DNA of 63,894 nucleotides, counting the filler, from an uncultured Methanosarcinales archaeon (lineage in GTDB: Archaea; Nanobdellota; Nanobdellia; Woesearchaeales; JAGLXL01), in NCBI GenBank assembly GCA_964472345.1. It is 5 parts of 5 records of this genome, joined end to end, with 100 filler letters (N's around TTAATTAATTAA, not from the genome) between each part and the next. Parts side by side here need not be neighbours in the genome. Positions count along the whole stretch, not along the records: positions 32,104 to 46,651 come from CAYYLB010000029.1; positions 46,752 to 61,207 come from CAYYLB010000030.1; 3 more parts are not named here. One strand, written 5' to 3'. Shown one piece after another: positions 46,288 to 54,755 of this stretch; positions within the stretch are counted from its first letter, which is position 1; every line of letters begins with the position of its first letter. The notes under the pieces are model-generated. The model was not told the origin of the DNA and ran no database searches. It was given only the letters and a program-made list of their open reading frames with translations. The position numbers and the translations under genes were made by a program.

Positions 46288-46651
46288 GGGGTTGCCGGGA
46301 ACAAAAATTGAGATGAATTTGGTGAGCATCGCACATAATTTAGGAAAAATTTGGAGGTTGAGGGGAGGGATTACCGTTTAAAGCGGGGGTTTTATTTTTT
46401 TCTTGGCGGTTGGGTGTTACAGAAAATAATTGTGGGACGGCGTCCAATGTTATATTCTCCAAAGGACTAAAATTTAGTGCAACGATGCAGAAGGCAAAAT
46501 TTTTGAGTTGTCGGCACTATATAGAAAGATGGGGGTCTGCTGAGATATAAAGATAAATTTTATTAAGTTCCTCTATTTATTTAAATCAGTATCAAGATTT
46601 GTGGTCAAAATGTCAAAACAATCTCTACGAGAAAAGGCAAACAGAGCTTCA

Positions 46652-46751
46652 NNNNNNNNNNNNNNNNNNNNNNNNNNNNNNNNNNNNNNNNNNNNTTAAT
46701 TAATTAANNNNNNNNNNNNNNNNNNNNNNNNNNNNNNNNNNNNNNNNNNNN
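46652..46751. other. artificial contig linker
   Basis: N-run TTAATTAATTAA N-run. Confidence 0.99.
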
Positions 46752-46934
46752 CAAAAACCATTCATCCACCTCGTCGACCAAATCATCTCCATCACCAAAG
46801 ACGACGATTACGTAGACAATCCCGACAAGCAAGCCAAAGTAAAGCGCTTGGAGAAAGAGATTGACCAGTTGGTTTACAAATTATACGAACTGACGCCGGA
46901 AGAGATTAAGATTGTTGAGGAGTTTGGAAAATGA
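46752..46934 (+). CDS. C-terminus of a type IIG R-M / N6-adenine methyltransferase (5' truncated)
   Basis: My translation QKPFIHLVDQII...LEKEIDQLVYKLYELTPEEIKIVE matches the typical Eco57I/TaqI-like tail. Confidence 0.75.
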   Translation, partial: QKPFIHLVDQIISITKDDDYVDNPDKQAKVKRLEKEIDQLVYKLYELTPEEIKIVEEFGK

Positions 46935-47797
46935 CCCCAGAAAACTCTTTAGTCGTCTTCGATGGAAAGAATATCCGCAGGATTTGGTTCAACGATGAAT
47001 GGTGGTTTGTGGCAGTGGACATTGTGGCGGCTTTGACAGACTCAGCCGACCCGTCTGGCTACTTAAAGGACATGCGAAGAAGAGACGAAGGATTCGCCCA
47101 AGGGTGGGGGCAAATTGCCACCCCCCTTCCCATCGAAACCGCCGGAGGGGCACAGAAAATCAACTGTGTCTCCACAAAGGGGGCGTTGAGGCTCATCCAA
47201 TCTATTCCTTCCAAAAAAGCTGAGCCATTTAAGCGCTGGCTGGCTCAAGTTGGCTATGAGCGGATTCGAGAGATTGAAAATCCTGAACTAGCGCAAGATC
47301 GGGCCAAGGAATATTATGAACTCAAAGGTTACCCTAAGGAGTGGGTTGATAAAAGGTTGAGGGGTATTGCGATCCGGCAAGAATTAACCGATGAATGGAA
47401 AAAAAGAGGAATCGAGGAACAAATAGAGTATGCTATCTTGACCAACGAGATTTCAAAAGCGACGTTTGGAGTGCCGATTAAAGTGCATAAAAAGGTAAAA
47501 GGGCTTGATCCCCGGTTCAAGAATCAGAATTTGAGGGACCACATAACTGATTTAGAGCTCATTTTTTCGATGTTGGGGGAAAGGCTCACCACTGAAGCGA
47601 CTCGCAAAAAAGATGCCCGTGGTTTTACAGAAGGACGAGACGCAGCCAAAGAAGGCGGTGCGGTTGCGGGACGAGCTCGCCAAGACACAGAAAAAACATT
47701 TGGAATCAAGGTTGTTTCTCCAGAAAATTACTTAGATATAACTAAGAAGAAGAGAATAGAGAAAGAAATGAAAGATGAGAGTAAGAAGCTGAAGTAA
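46931..47797 (+). CDS. Bro-N domain protein (antirepressor-like)
   Basis: IRRIW..EWWFVAVDIV, RLIQSIPSKKAEPFKRWLA, NLRDH. Confidence 0.9.
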   Translation: MTPENSLVVFDGKNIRRIWFNDEWWFVAVDIVAALTDSADPSGYLKDMRRRDEGFAQGWGQIATPLPIETAGGAQKINCVSTKGALRLIQSIPSKKAEPFKRWLAQVGYERIREIENPELAQDRAKEYYELKGYPKEWVDKRLRGIAIRQELTDEWKKRGIEEQIEYAILTNEISKATFGVPIKVHKKVKGLDPRFKNQNLRDHITDLELIFSMLGERLTTEATRKKDARGFTEGRDAAKEGGAVAGRARQDTEKTFGIKVVSPENYLDITKKKRIEKEMKDESKKLK

Positions 47798-47848
47798 AAT
47801 GTCCAAGACGCACCAACGGAAAACAATTCTGTAGTAGGGTCATCACCA

Positions 47849-49087
47849 TTATAAAAGCCGAAATTCCCCCCTCACAACCCCCTCCTCCACCGCCTTCTTC
47901 CTCACTGCTTCCGCGACGCGCAGCGCGACATCCTTGTCCAGCGCGCTCGGGACGATGCGCTCTGCCGTCGGCTTCTCAACGCACGCCGCAAGCGCACGCG
48001 CCGCCGCGAGCTTCATCCCTGCGGTGATCCGTGTCGCCTTCACCTCCAGCGCTCCGCGGAACACGCCGGGAAAGGCAAGCACATTGTTGATCTGGTTGGG
48101 GAAGTCGCTCCTGCCGGTTCCTACAACCGCCGCGCCGGCGCGCTTCGCCGCGGCAGGCATGACCTCCGGGACCGGATTGGCCATGGCAAAGACGATCGCA
48201 TTCCTGCCCATTGAGCGTACCATCGCCTCGCTGATGATGCCGGGAGCAGAGACGCCGATGAGCACATCAGCGCCTTCCATCGCATCGGCAAGCGTCCCCT
48301 GCCGCCTTTCTTTGTTGGTGAGGCGCGCAAGCTGCCGCTTTGCAGCATTCAGGCTGTCCCGCGCAGGATGAAGGATTCCTTTGCGGTCAACCACAATCAC
48401 GTCACGGACACGCTCCTGCCCCGATGTCGTTGCGCTGGCAGCACTCGCAGTCCCATCAGCGCCATGGCCACCAGCGCCTATCAGCATCTTTGCAACAGCT
48501 GTCCCCGCAGCGCCTGCACCGCTGATCGCAACGACAGCATCCTGCATCCGTTTCCCCACAACTTTCAGGGCGTTCATCATCGCCGCAAGCACCACAATCG
48601 CAGTCCCGTGCTGGTCATCGTGGAATACAGGAATACCGAGATCCTGCAGCTGCTCTTCGATCTCAAAGCAGCGGGGCGCTGAGATATCCTCGAGGTTGAT
48701 GCCGCCGAACGCCGGCGCGATGTTCTTCACCACCGAAACGATTTCTGCCGCGTCCTGCGTCCTGATGCAGAGCGGGAACGCATTGACATCCGCGAACTCC
48801 TTGAACAGCACGCACTTCCCCTCCATCACCGGCAGCGCGGCCTCCGCCCCGATGTTGCCCAGTCCGAGCACCGCAGAGCCGTCGCTCACGACCGCGACCG
48901 TGTTCTGCTTAATCGTGTAGGTGTATACTGCTCTATGGTCTTTTGCAATCACGCGGCATGGCTCCGCGACGCCCGGCGTGTATGCGAGGCTCAGCGCCTC
49001 ACGCGTCTGGATACGCATCTTCGGCACTGTTTCAAGCTTGCCTTTCCACCGCTCATGCGCGCGCAGCGCGTCCCCGCTGATGCCCAT
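47849..49087 (-). CDS. NAD(P)-dependent malic enzyme
   Basis: YTPGVA, GLGNIG..PVMEGK, INLEDI, FHDDQHGT, GAGAAG, NQINN. Confidence 0.95.
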   Translation of the reverse strand: MGISGDALRAHERWKGKLETVPKMRIQTREALSLAYTPGVAEPCRVIAKDHRAVYTYTIKQNTVAVVSDGSAVLGLGNIGAEAALPVMEGKCVLFKEFADVNAFPLCIRTQDAAEIVSVVKNIAPAFGGINLEDISAPRCFEIEEQLQDLGIPVFHDDQHGTAIVVLAAMMNALKVVGKRMQDAVVAISGAGAAGTAVAKMLIGAGGHGADGTASAASATTSGQERVRDVIVVDRKGILHPARDSLNAAKRQLARLTNKERRQGTLADAMEGADVLIGVSAPGIISEAMVRSMGRNAIVFAMANPVPEVMPAAAKRAGAAVVGTGRSDFPNQINNVLAFPGVFRGALEVKATRITAGMKLAAARALAACVEKPTAERIVPSALDKDVALRVAEAVRKKAVEEGVVRGEFRLL

Positions 49088-49189
49088 GGCCGAGGTCAGC
49101 ATGCAGCGCTTTTTAAATATGGTGGCGGAAGCAAACAAGTGAGCAGCGGAACCGCCCGCAGCCACCGAAGCGCACCAGTGGATAATGCG

Positions 49190-49606
49190 ATGAGCAGCGA
49201 AAGGTTTTTAGCGAAGGAAAGCCCCGAACAGGCTATGGGAGCTGCGCCGGCTGAAACCAGGGAAATAACCGACGTCGTCAACGGCCAGCAGGCCCCTGCA
49301 CACGCACGCGAAACGCTGTCCGGACAGTTCACGCGCGTCACACTCGAGGTGCTGGCATTTGCAACAGCGACGGGCACTCTCTTCCACGCGGTACGCTGCT
49401 TTGAGCAAGGCGAGTACCTGAAGGGGGGAGGATTTGCGGTGCTGAGCACGCTCCTCTATGTCGCAGGGGCGCGCACCACCCGGCCATCGTCAGCAGCGGA
49501 AAGGGAGCGGAACAGCGAAACGGGTGCAACAAGCAATGAAAGACGAAAGGAAGCGCCATACGGAGCACCGCCTCACAACGAGTACGCCCCGCGGTGCCCG
49601 GGATGA
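49190..49606 (+). CDS. hypothetical membrane protein
   Basis: Two hydrophobic segments; start uncertain. Confidence 0.5.
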   Translation: MSSERFLAKESPEQAMGAAPAETREITDVVNGQQAPAHARETLSGQFTRVTLEVLAFATATGTLFHAVRCFEQGEYLKGGGFAVLSTLLYVAGARTTRPSSAAERERNSETGATSNERRKEAPYGAPPHNEYAPRCPG

Positions 49607-49702
49607 CGTTCCGCAGCAGGAGCACGATGCGCGTGAGCAAAGGCGCGGAGATGCTGGGGCGGCAACAATCTTTAAAAACCACCATCGGCTGCACGCCCTC
49701 AC

Positions 49703-49862
49703 GGGCCTGTAGCGCAGCTTGGACAGCGCGTCTGCCTCCTAACGCCGATGACGAACCCATGGAGTAGTCGCGTCATGCGATGAACCTGAGAGTTAGCTGA
49801 GGTGAAAGCAGAAGGTCGGGAGTTCAAAGCTCGAAACGAGAGGGAAAGTCTCCCCAGGCCCG
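49703..49862 (+). tRNA. tRNA-Arg(CCU) with two introns (37/38, 65 nt, 49742-49806; 59/60, 20 nt, 49829-49848)
   Basis: GGGCCTG/CAGGCCC acceptor; TCTGC-CTCCTA..A-GCAGA anticodon arm; T-stem GGGAG/CTCCC with BHB; TATA at ~49671; U-tract after. Confidence 0.92.
49742..49806 (+). ncRNA. box C/D-like guide sRNA encoded in the tRNA-Arg intron
   Basis: Terminal stem CGCC/GGTG; C box ATGACGA (49748-49754); C' GCGATGA; D box CTGA (49797-49800); 12-13 nt spacers; D' box not canonical. Confidence 0.65.
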
Positions 49863-49869
49863 TTTTTTC

Positions 49870-50958
49870 ATGACATCGCACTGGAGCTACCTCACCGAAG
49901 GCCTGCACATCCTCCGCAGCAGCCTCAGGCTCAAGGCGAATGGCTTCACAGAGTATGACGGCAATGCCAAGGCGATTTGCGGGCAGATTGTGGAAGACTG
50001 CTGGAACGGCCGCTTCTTCCAGACAAGCACGGCAAACTTCCCGCAGTTCTGGACGCGCGACTTCGGCTGGTGCACCGCTTCCCTGCTCAGGCTCGGCTAC
50101 ACAAAAGAGGTCGAGAAGACGCTGCGGTACGCGCTGGACATCTTTTCGCAGCACGGCAGGGTCGCCACCACGATCTCGCTGCAGCACAGGCCCTTTGATT
50201 TCCCCACGTACGCGGTCGACTCATTGCCGTGGCTGCTCCACAGCCTTGCGCTCGCGAAAAACAGGGAGCTTGTCGAGCCCTTCCGGCCATTCCTTGAGAG
50301 GGAAACGGAAAAGCTTTTCGTCATTGCCGTTGAGCAGGACACCGGGCTCGTGAAGCCGAAGCACTTCTCCTCCATCAAGGACTTCGCCATCCGGAAAAGC
50401 TCCTGCTACGACACCTGCATGCTCGCGCTGCTTTCGCAGAGCCTTGAGAAGCTGCGGCTTGCAAACCCGCTGCATGACTTTGACTACGGAAAGCTCCTCA
50501 AAGAGCACTACTGGAACGGCCGCTTCCTCTACGACGATCTGGCGAAGCAGGATTACGTCGCGGCTGACGCGAACATCTTCCCATTTGCGCTCGGTATCGT
50601 CAACGACAAAAGCATGCTGCGCTCTGCCCTCGGGCAGGTCCATCGTGCCGGGCTCGACCACCCATTTCCAATAAAATACACTGCAAAAACCGCTCCCGTC
50701 CGCTTCATCTGGCAGGAACGGCTCATGCGCGGCTACGAGCGCGACGCGGTGTGGACGCATCTGGGGCCGCTGTACATCGCGCTGGTCAGCCAGATCGACA
50801 GGCAACGGGCGCAGCAGCACCTCGGGCGCTCCACGCAGATTATCGAAAGGTATAAAACCTATCCGGAGGTGCTCACGCCTGCAGGAAAGCCGTTCACGTC
50901 GCCATTGTACCACTGCGACCAAGGCATGCTGTGGGCGGCGAACTACCTTACCTTATGA
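49870..50958 (+). CDS. (alpha/alpha)6-barrel glycoside hydrolase-like protein
   Basis: FWTRDFGW motif, YE...VW.HLG, Y..YPEV pattern of six-hairpin glycosidases; next to a GT2. Confidence 0.6.
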   Translation: MTSHWSYLTEGLHILRSSLRLKANGFTEYDGNAKAICGQIVEDCWNGRFFQTSTANFPQFWTRDFGWCTASLLRLGYTKEVEKTLRYALDIFSQHGRVATTISLQHRPFDFPTYAVDSLPWLLHSLALAKNRELVEPFRPFLERETEKLFVIAVEQDTGLVKPKHFSSIKDFAIRKSSCYDTCMLALLSQSLEKLRLANPLHDFDYGKLLKEHYWNGRFLYDDLAKQDYVAADANIFPFALGIVNDKSMLRSALGQVHRAGLDHPFPIKYTAKTAPVRFIWQERLMRGYERDAVWTHLGPLYIALVSQIDRQRAQQHLGRSTQIIERYKTYPEVLTPAGKPFTSPLYHCDQGMLWAANYLTL

Positions 50959-51620
50959 TCTCCGTCATCGTTCCCGCATACAACGAGGAAAAATACCTTG
51001 CCAAGACGCTCCGGAGCATCAGGGAGCAGACGGTCCCTGCGCATGAGATCGTCGTCGTGGCTAACGGCTGCACAGACCGCACCGTTGCCATTGCACGGCG
51101 TTTCGCCGATCGCATCTTCGCCATCGACAAGCCGAACGTGGCGCTTGCGCGGAACATCGGCGCGCAGCACGCGTCCGGCGAGCTGCTCGTCTTTCTCGAT
51201 GCCGACACCCGCCTGGCCCCAAACGCCCTTGCTGAAATAAGACAGCAGTTCTCAGCATACGACGCGGTTGCGACGCTCGACGCCTATCCGAATGCCCCGA
51301 AGCTGCGCTATCATCTGCTGCTTGCCTTCAAGAACCTGCTGCACCGTGCCAGGCTGTACGCAGGCAGTTCGGGCGTGATCGCGACTCCTGCTTTCCTCTT
51401 CCATCAGGTGCATGGCTTCAACCCGAGGATGCCGATCCGCGAGAACCATGCGCTGATCCGGCGCCTGAAGAAGCTCGGAACCTACAAGGTCGTCCGCGAC
51501 ACCTATGCGGTCACCTCCATGCGCCGCTATGAGCGCTGGGGGCTCCTCCGCGCGATGTTCTTCTGGCTCATCCACCGCTGGTTCGTGAGGCCAAGGACTC
51601 GGTACGAGGCGGTGCGCTGA
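50955..51620 (+). CDS. glycosyltransferase family 2
   Basis: ISVIVPAYNEE, ARNIGA, FLDAD, TSMRR. Confidence 0.92.
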   Translation: MISVIVPAYNEEKYLAKTLRSIREQTVPAHEIVVVANGCTDRTVAIARRFADRIFAIDKPNVALARNIGAQHASGELLVFLDADTRLAPNALAEIRQQFSAYDAVATLDAYPNAPKLRYHLLLAFKNLLHRARLYAGSSGVIATPAFLFHQVHGFNPRMPIRENHALIRRLKKLGTYKVVRDTYAVTSMRRYERWGLLRAMFFWLIHRWFVRPRTRYEAVR

Positions 51621-53469
51621 GCCGCACCTTCTCCGCTCCCTTCCCCACGAGCCTCTTCAGCGCTTCAGAAATCTCCTTCCCGCCGGCTTTGCCGCTGAGC
51701 TGCTTGACCGCGATGCCCATCAGCGCGCCGAACGGGGCGTGCTCGTTCTCGTCGAGAATCTTCTTCAGCTGCCGCTGCAGCTCGCTGGCGGAGATGCCGC
51801 GGAATGTGTCAAGCTCCAGCTTTCCGGCAGCCGCATCACGCAGCGCCTCGGGAACGCGCTCCTTCGCGAGCTTGCCTTCATTCACCGCCGCAATGATGCT
51901 TGCAAGATGCTCATCGGTGATGGCTGCAGGATCAACGTCGTGATCGCGCTTCAGCTCAAGCAGCTTCGCGGTCAGCACCTCGGCGATGAACGCCGGCTTC
52001 ACCTGGTGAGTTGCTGTTGCCAGCTCCTCGAACAGCGCAGCACGCCCGGACTTCGCGACAAACGCTGCAAGATCGCCGCTGAGGCCAAACTGCTTCACGA
52101 ATCTTGCAATCTTCTGCTCGACCAGCTCCGGGAGGGTGATGCCCTTCGTTTCAGGCCTGATAAATGGGATGTCTGTTTCAGGATACATGCGCGCCGCACC
52201 TGGCATGGGGCGCAGATAGCTTGTCGTGCCGTCGGGATTTGCCTTCCGCACCTCGCTCGGCACGCCGGCACAGGCAGCAAGCGCCCGCTCATGAACAGCA
52301 GCAAGCGCTTTTTCCGCTATTTCTGCATCAGCAGCCACAAACACAAACCCGTCCGCCTTCCCGCAGGCAAGCCGCTTCCTGACACGCATGACATCCTCCT
52401 CAGTGATGCCGTACTTCGGCAGCTCATCGGAGTGGAAGATGCCGCCGACTCCCGCGCGCACCTTTGCATGATCAGAGAGTTCCGTGCCCAGTCGGCGTCC
52501 CGGCTGGAGCTCCTTTCCAAGAAGCCCTGCAAAGCCGCTCAGCTTCATCCCAAGCACGGCACCTCTTTTTTTCAGCGTGTTCTGGATGATGGTGGATGAA
52601 GTGTGCTCAAAGAGCCCGGAAAGGTCAACAGCTTTTTTCTGCAGCTTCGCTTTCCTCCGTGCGAGCTCGTCCTTAATCTCCAAAAGCGCCCGCTGCCGTC
52701 CTGCTTCGTGCGCGACGAGCGCCGGCAGCAGCTTGAGCTCCTGCGCCCCTTTGATCTCAACGCGCGCTCCCCCCGCGATGCTGACGTTGACATCCTGCCG
52801 GATGGTTCCGATGCCCCGTTTCACGCGGCCGGTGCTGCGCAGGATCATGCCTATCTTTTCAGCCGATTCCCTGCACTGCTCCGGCGTGCGGATGTCAGCG
52901 CCTGTCGCAATCTCGATCAGCGGAATGCCGAGGCGGTCGAGCCGGTACGTGACAAGATCAGACGTCTCCTGCAGGGGGCGCGCAGAATCCTCTTCGAGGC
53001 AGACCGTCGTGATGGAAACCCTGCCTGAGGATGTATCCAGTACCCCGTCATAGGCGACCAGTGCCGTCCGCTGAAAGCCGGCGGTGTTGCTCCCGTCGAC
53101 CACCGTCTTGCGCATCACCTGCACGACATCCGCGATGCGTGCCTTGAGCAGCAAGGCGGCTTGCAGCGTAATGCGCAGCGCTTCCTGGCTGATCGGATGC
53201 GGAGGCTCTTCGTCAAGCTCGACAAGGCAGGTCGTGTCATGGTACGCTTCATACCTGAACTGCCTGCCTTTCAGCTGCTCGTGCAGCGCAGCGACATCGA
53301 CCTCGCCGCCCTCACCTGCGACGGCACGCAGCTTCCGCCGCACGCTCAGATTGGGCGCATCGTCCCGCAGGACGCCCGGGCAGGAGCAGAAGAGCTTTGT
53401 AGTGTCGAGCTGCTGGTGGATCTCAAGGCCGCAGCGCAGCCCGAGCTTTTGGTAATCCTGCAACACCAT
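51568..53469 (-). CDS. gatE: Glu-tRNA(Gln) amidotransferase subunit E
   Basis: GLEIHQQLDT.KLFC, DEEPPH, VVDGSNTAGFQRT, GIFHSDELP, RPMPGAARMYPETD. Confidence 0.97.
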   Translation of the reverse strand: MVLQDYQKLGLRCGLEIHQQLDTTKLFCSCPGVLRDDAPNLSVRRKLRAVAGEGGEVDVAALHEQLKGRQFRYEAYHDTTCLVELDEEPPHPISQEALRITLQAALLLKARIADVVQVMRKTVVDGSNTAGFQRTALVAYDGVLDTSSGRVSITTVCLEEDSARPLQETSDLVTYRLDRLGIPLIEIATGADIRTPEQCRESAEKIGMILRSTGRVKRGIGTIRQDVNVSIAGGARVEIKGAQELKLLPALVAHEAGRQRALLEIKDELARRKAKLQKKAVDLSGLFEHTSSTIIQNTLKKRGAVLGMKLSGFAGLLGKELQPGRRLGTELSDHAKVRAGVGGIFHSDELPKYGITEEDVMRVRKRLACGKADGFVFVAADAEIAEKALAAVHERALAACAGVPSEVRKANPDGTTSYLRPMPGAARMYPETDIPFIRPETKGITLPELVEQKIARFVKQFGLSGDLAAFVAKSGRAALFEELATATHQVKPAFIAEVLTAKLLELKRDHDVDPAAITDEHLASIIAAVNEGKLAKERVPEALRDAAAGKLELDTFRGISASELQRQLKKILDENEHAPFGALMGIAVKQLSGKAGGKEISEALKRLVGKGAEKVRLSAPPRTESLASRTSGG

Positions 53470-53524
53470 AAGGAAAAGGCTCGCTGGCGTGTTTAAATAG
53501 GTTACGATGGCAATTCATAAAAAA

Positions 53525-53586
53525 TGGAGCGGAGAGGTGCAATCCCGTTCGTACATCAATGACATCAGGTAAGAGAGAATGCTCCG
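53525..53586 (-). ncRNA. candidate small RNA with K-loop-like motif
   Basis: Closing stem GGAGC/GCTCC; internal CTGA-N5-TTGATG; TATA at ~53601-53608; 3' U-tract. Confidence 0.3.
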
Positions 53587-53634
53587 ACCTCCTCGAAAAA
53601 CTTATAAACGCCGCACACGACGAACCGCGCACGC

Positions 53635-53707
53635 AGCCCCGTCGTCTAGCGGACAAGGATAACAGGCTCTGGCCCTGTCGACGGCGGTTCGAATCCGCCC
53701 GGGGCTA
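53635..53707 (+). tRNA. tRNA-Gln(CUG), intronless
   Basis: A1-U72 acceptor AGCCCCG/CGGGGCT; ACAGG-CTCTGGC-CCTGT; GGTTCGAATCC; next to gatE. Confidence 0.96.
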
Positions 53708-53887
53708 CTTTTTTCTTCGACGGCAAAAGGCCGCAGCAAAAACGTCATACCCTTTAAGGTGTTTCGGGAACTGGTTGCTCAGCTTCGCACCCGTCCTGAG
53801 ATCCTGCCCCTGCTCACGGCAATGTTGAACGGGGCGCCGAGCAACGGCCACGCAACGTTTATAAGTCAGCGTCTCCTCATCAGGGGC

Positions 53888-54103
53888 ATGAGCAGCACCG
53901 TCACCATCAGCACCCTGTACCGCGAGATCAAGAAGATTGAGCAGCGTATGGTCACCAAGGACCAGCTTGAGAACTGGATGGAGACGCTCGACATCATGAG
54001 CAATCCGAACACGATGCGACAGCTTCGTCAAAGTGAGGAGGACATCAAGCACGGGCGGGTGAAGCGGATATCCTCAGTCAAGGATCTTTTGCGGGAATGC
54101 TGA
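53888..54103 (+). CDS. antitoxin (Phd/YefM-like C-terminus)
   Basis: WMETLDIMSNP..MRQLRQSEEDIKHGRV; directly upstream of a RelE-like gene. Confidence 0.8.
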   Translation: MSSTVTISTLYREIKKIEQRMVTKDQLENWMETLDIMSNPNTMRQLRQSEEDIKHGRVKRISSVKDLLREC

Positions 54104-54373
54104 ATGTCATCTTGGTGCATCGAGCGCACCGAGACATTTGTACGCGAGCTGCGGAAATTTCGCAAGTATCCTCCCCTCCTTATCGCTTTGGACAAAAAGC
54201 TCCTGCGTCTGCACGATGATCCGCACAACGTCGGTGGGCTGCTGGGCGGTGACCTTCACGGGAAACGATCGACGCGATTGCTGCGGCGTTTGCGGCTGAT
54301 TTTCCGAATAGACGAGCAGGAGCACACAGTCTACCTGGAAGCGCTTGATCACCATGGCTCGGTTTATGACTGA
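54104..54373 (+). CDS. RelE/ParE-family toxin
   Basis: TETFVRELRK...LLGGDLHGKRSTR...RLIFRI...LDHH..VY. Confidence 0.85.
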   Translation: MSSWCIERTETFVRELRKFRKYPPLLIALDKKLLRLHDDPHNVGGLLGGDLHGKRSTRLLRRLRLIFRIDEQEHTVYLEALDHHGSVYD

Positions 54374-54624
54374 ATGTAGCACCCGCTTTTCGATCGACGC
54401 TTCTGTAGTGTTGATGGGCACCGCAGGGCAGCGGCGGCAAGCGGAGGGAATGACCCCTGGGCTGAGGATAGGCACATCCCCTTGCCAACTTGGATGGTGC
54501 CCTCGATTGCGCCTGCTGCCGACGGCAGGGACTGCCCCGTGCCCGCGTTGATGAAGGCTCCGTTCCGCATTGGTGCCTGTTCCTCCTAAAGATTTATAAA
54601 GAAATCTCCGTAAGAAAAAGCCAC

Positions 54625-54711
54625 AGCGGGGTAGGGCAGCTAGGAGTGCCCGTTGGGCTCATATCTCGGGAAGAAACCCAAAGGTCGGAGGTTCAAATCC
54701 TCTCCCCGCTA
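54625..54711 (+). tRNA. initiator tRNA-Met(CAU) with a 12-nt intron at 37/38 (54664-54675)
   Basis: A1-U72; three G-C pairs in the anticodon stem (TTGGG/CCCAA); TATA at ~54593; U-tract after. Confidence 0.93.
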
Positions 54712-54755
54712 TTTTTTCCTGCCACGATGCTTCTTCTCTCCTCCGCACAAAGCAG

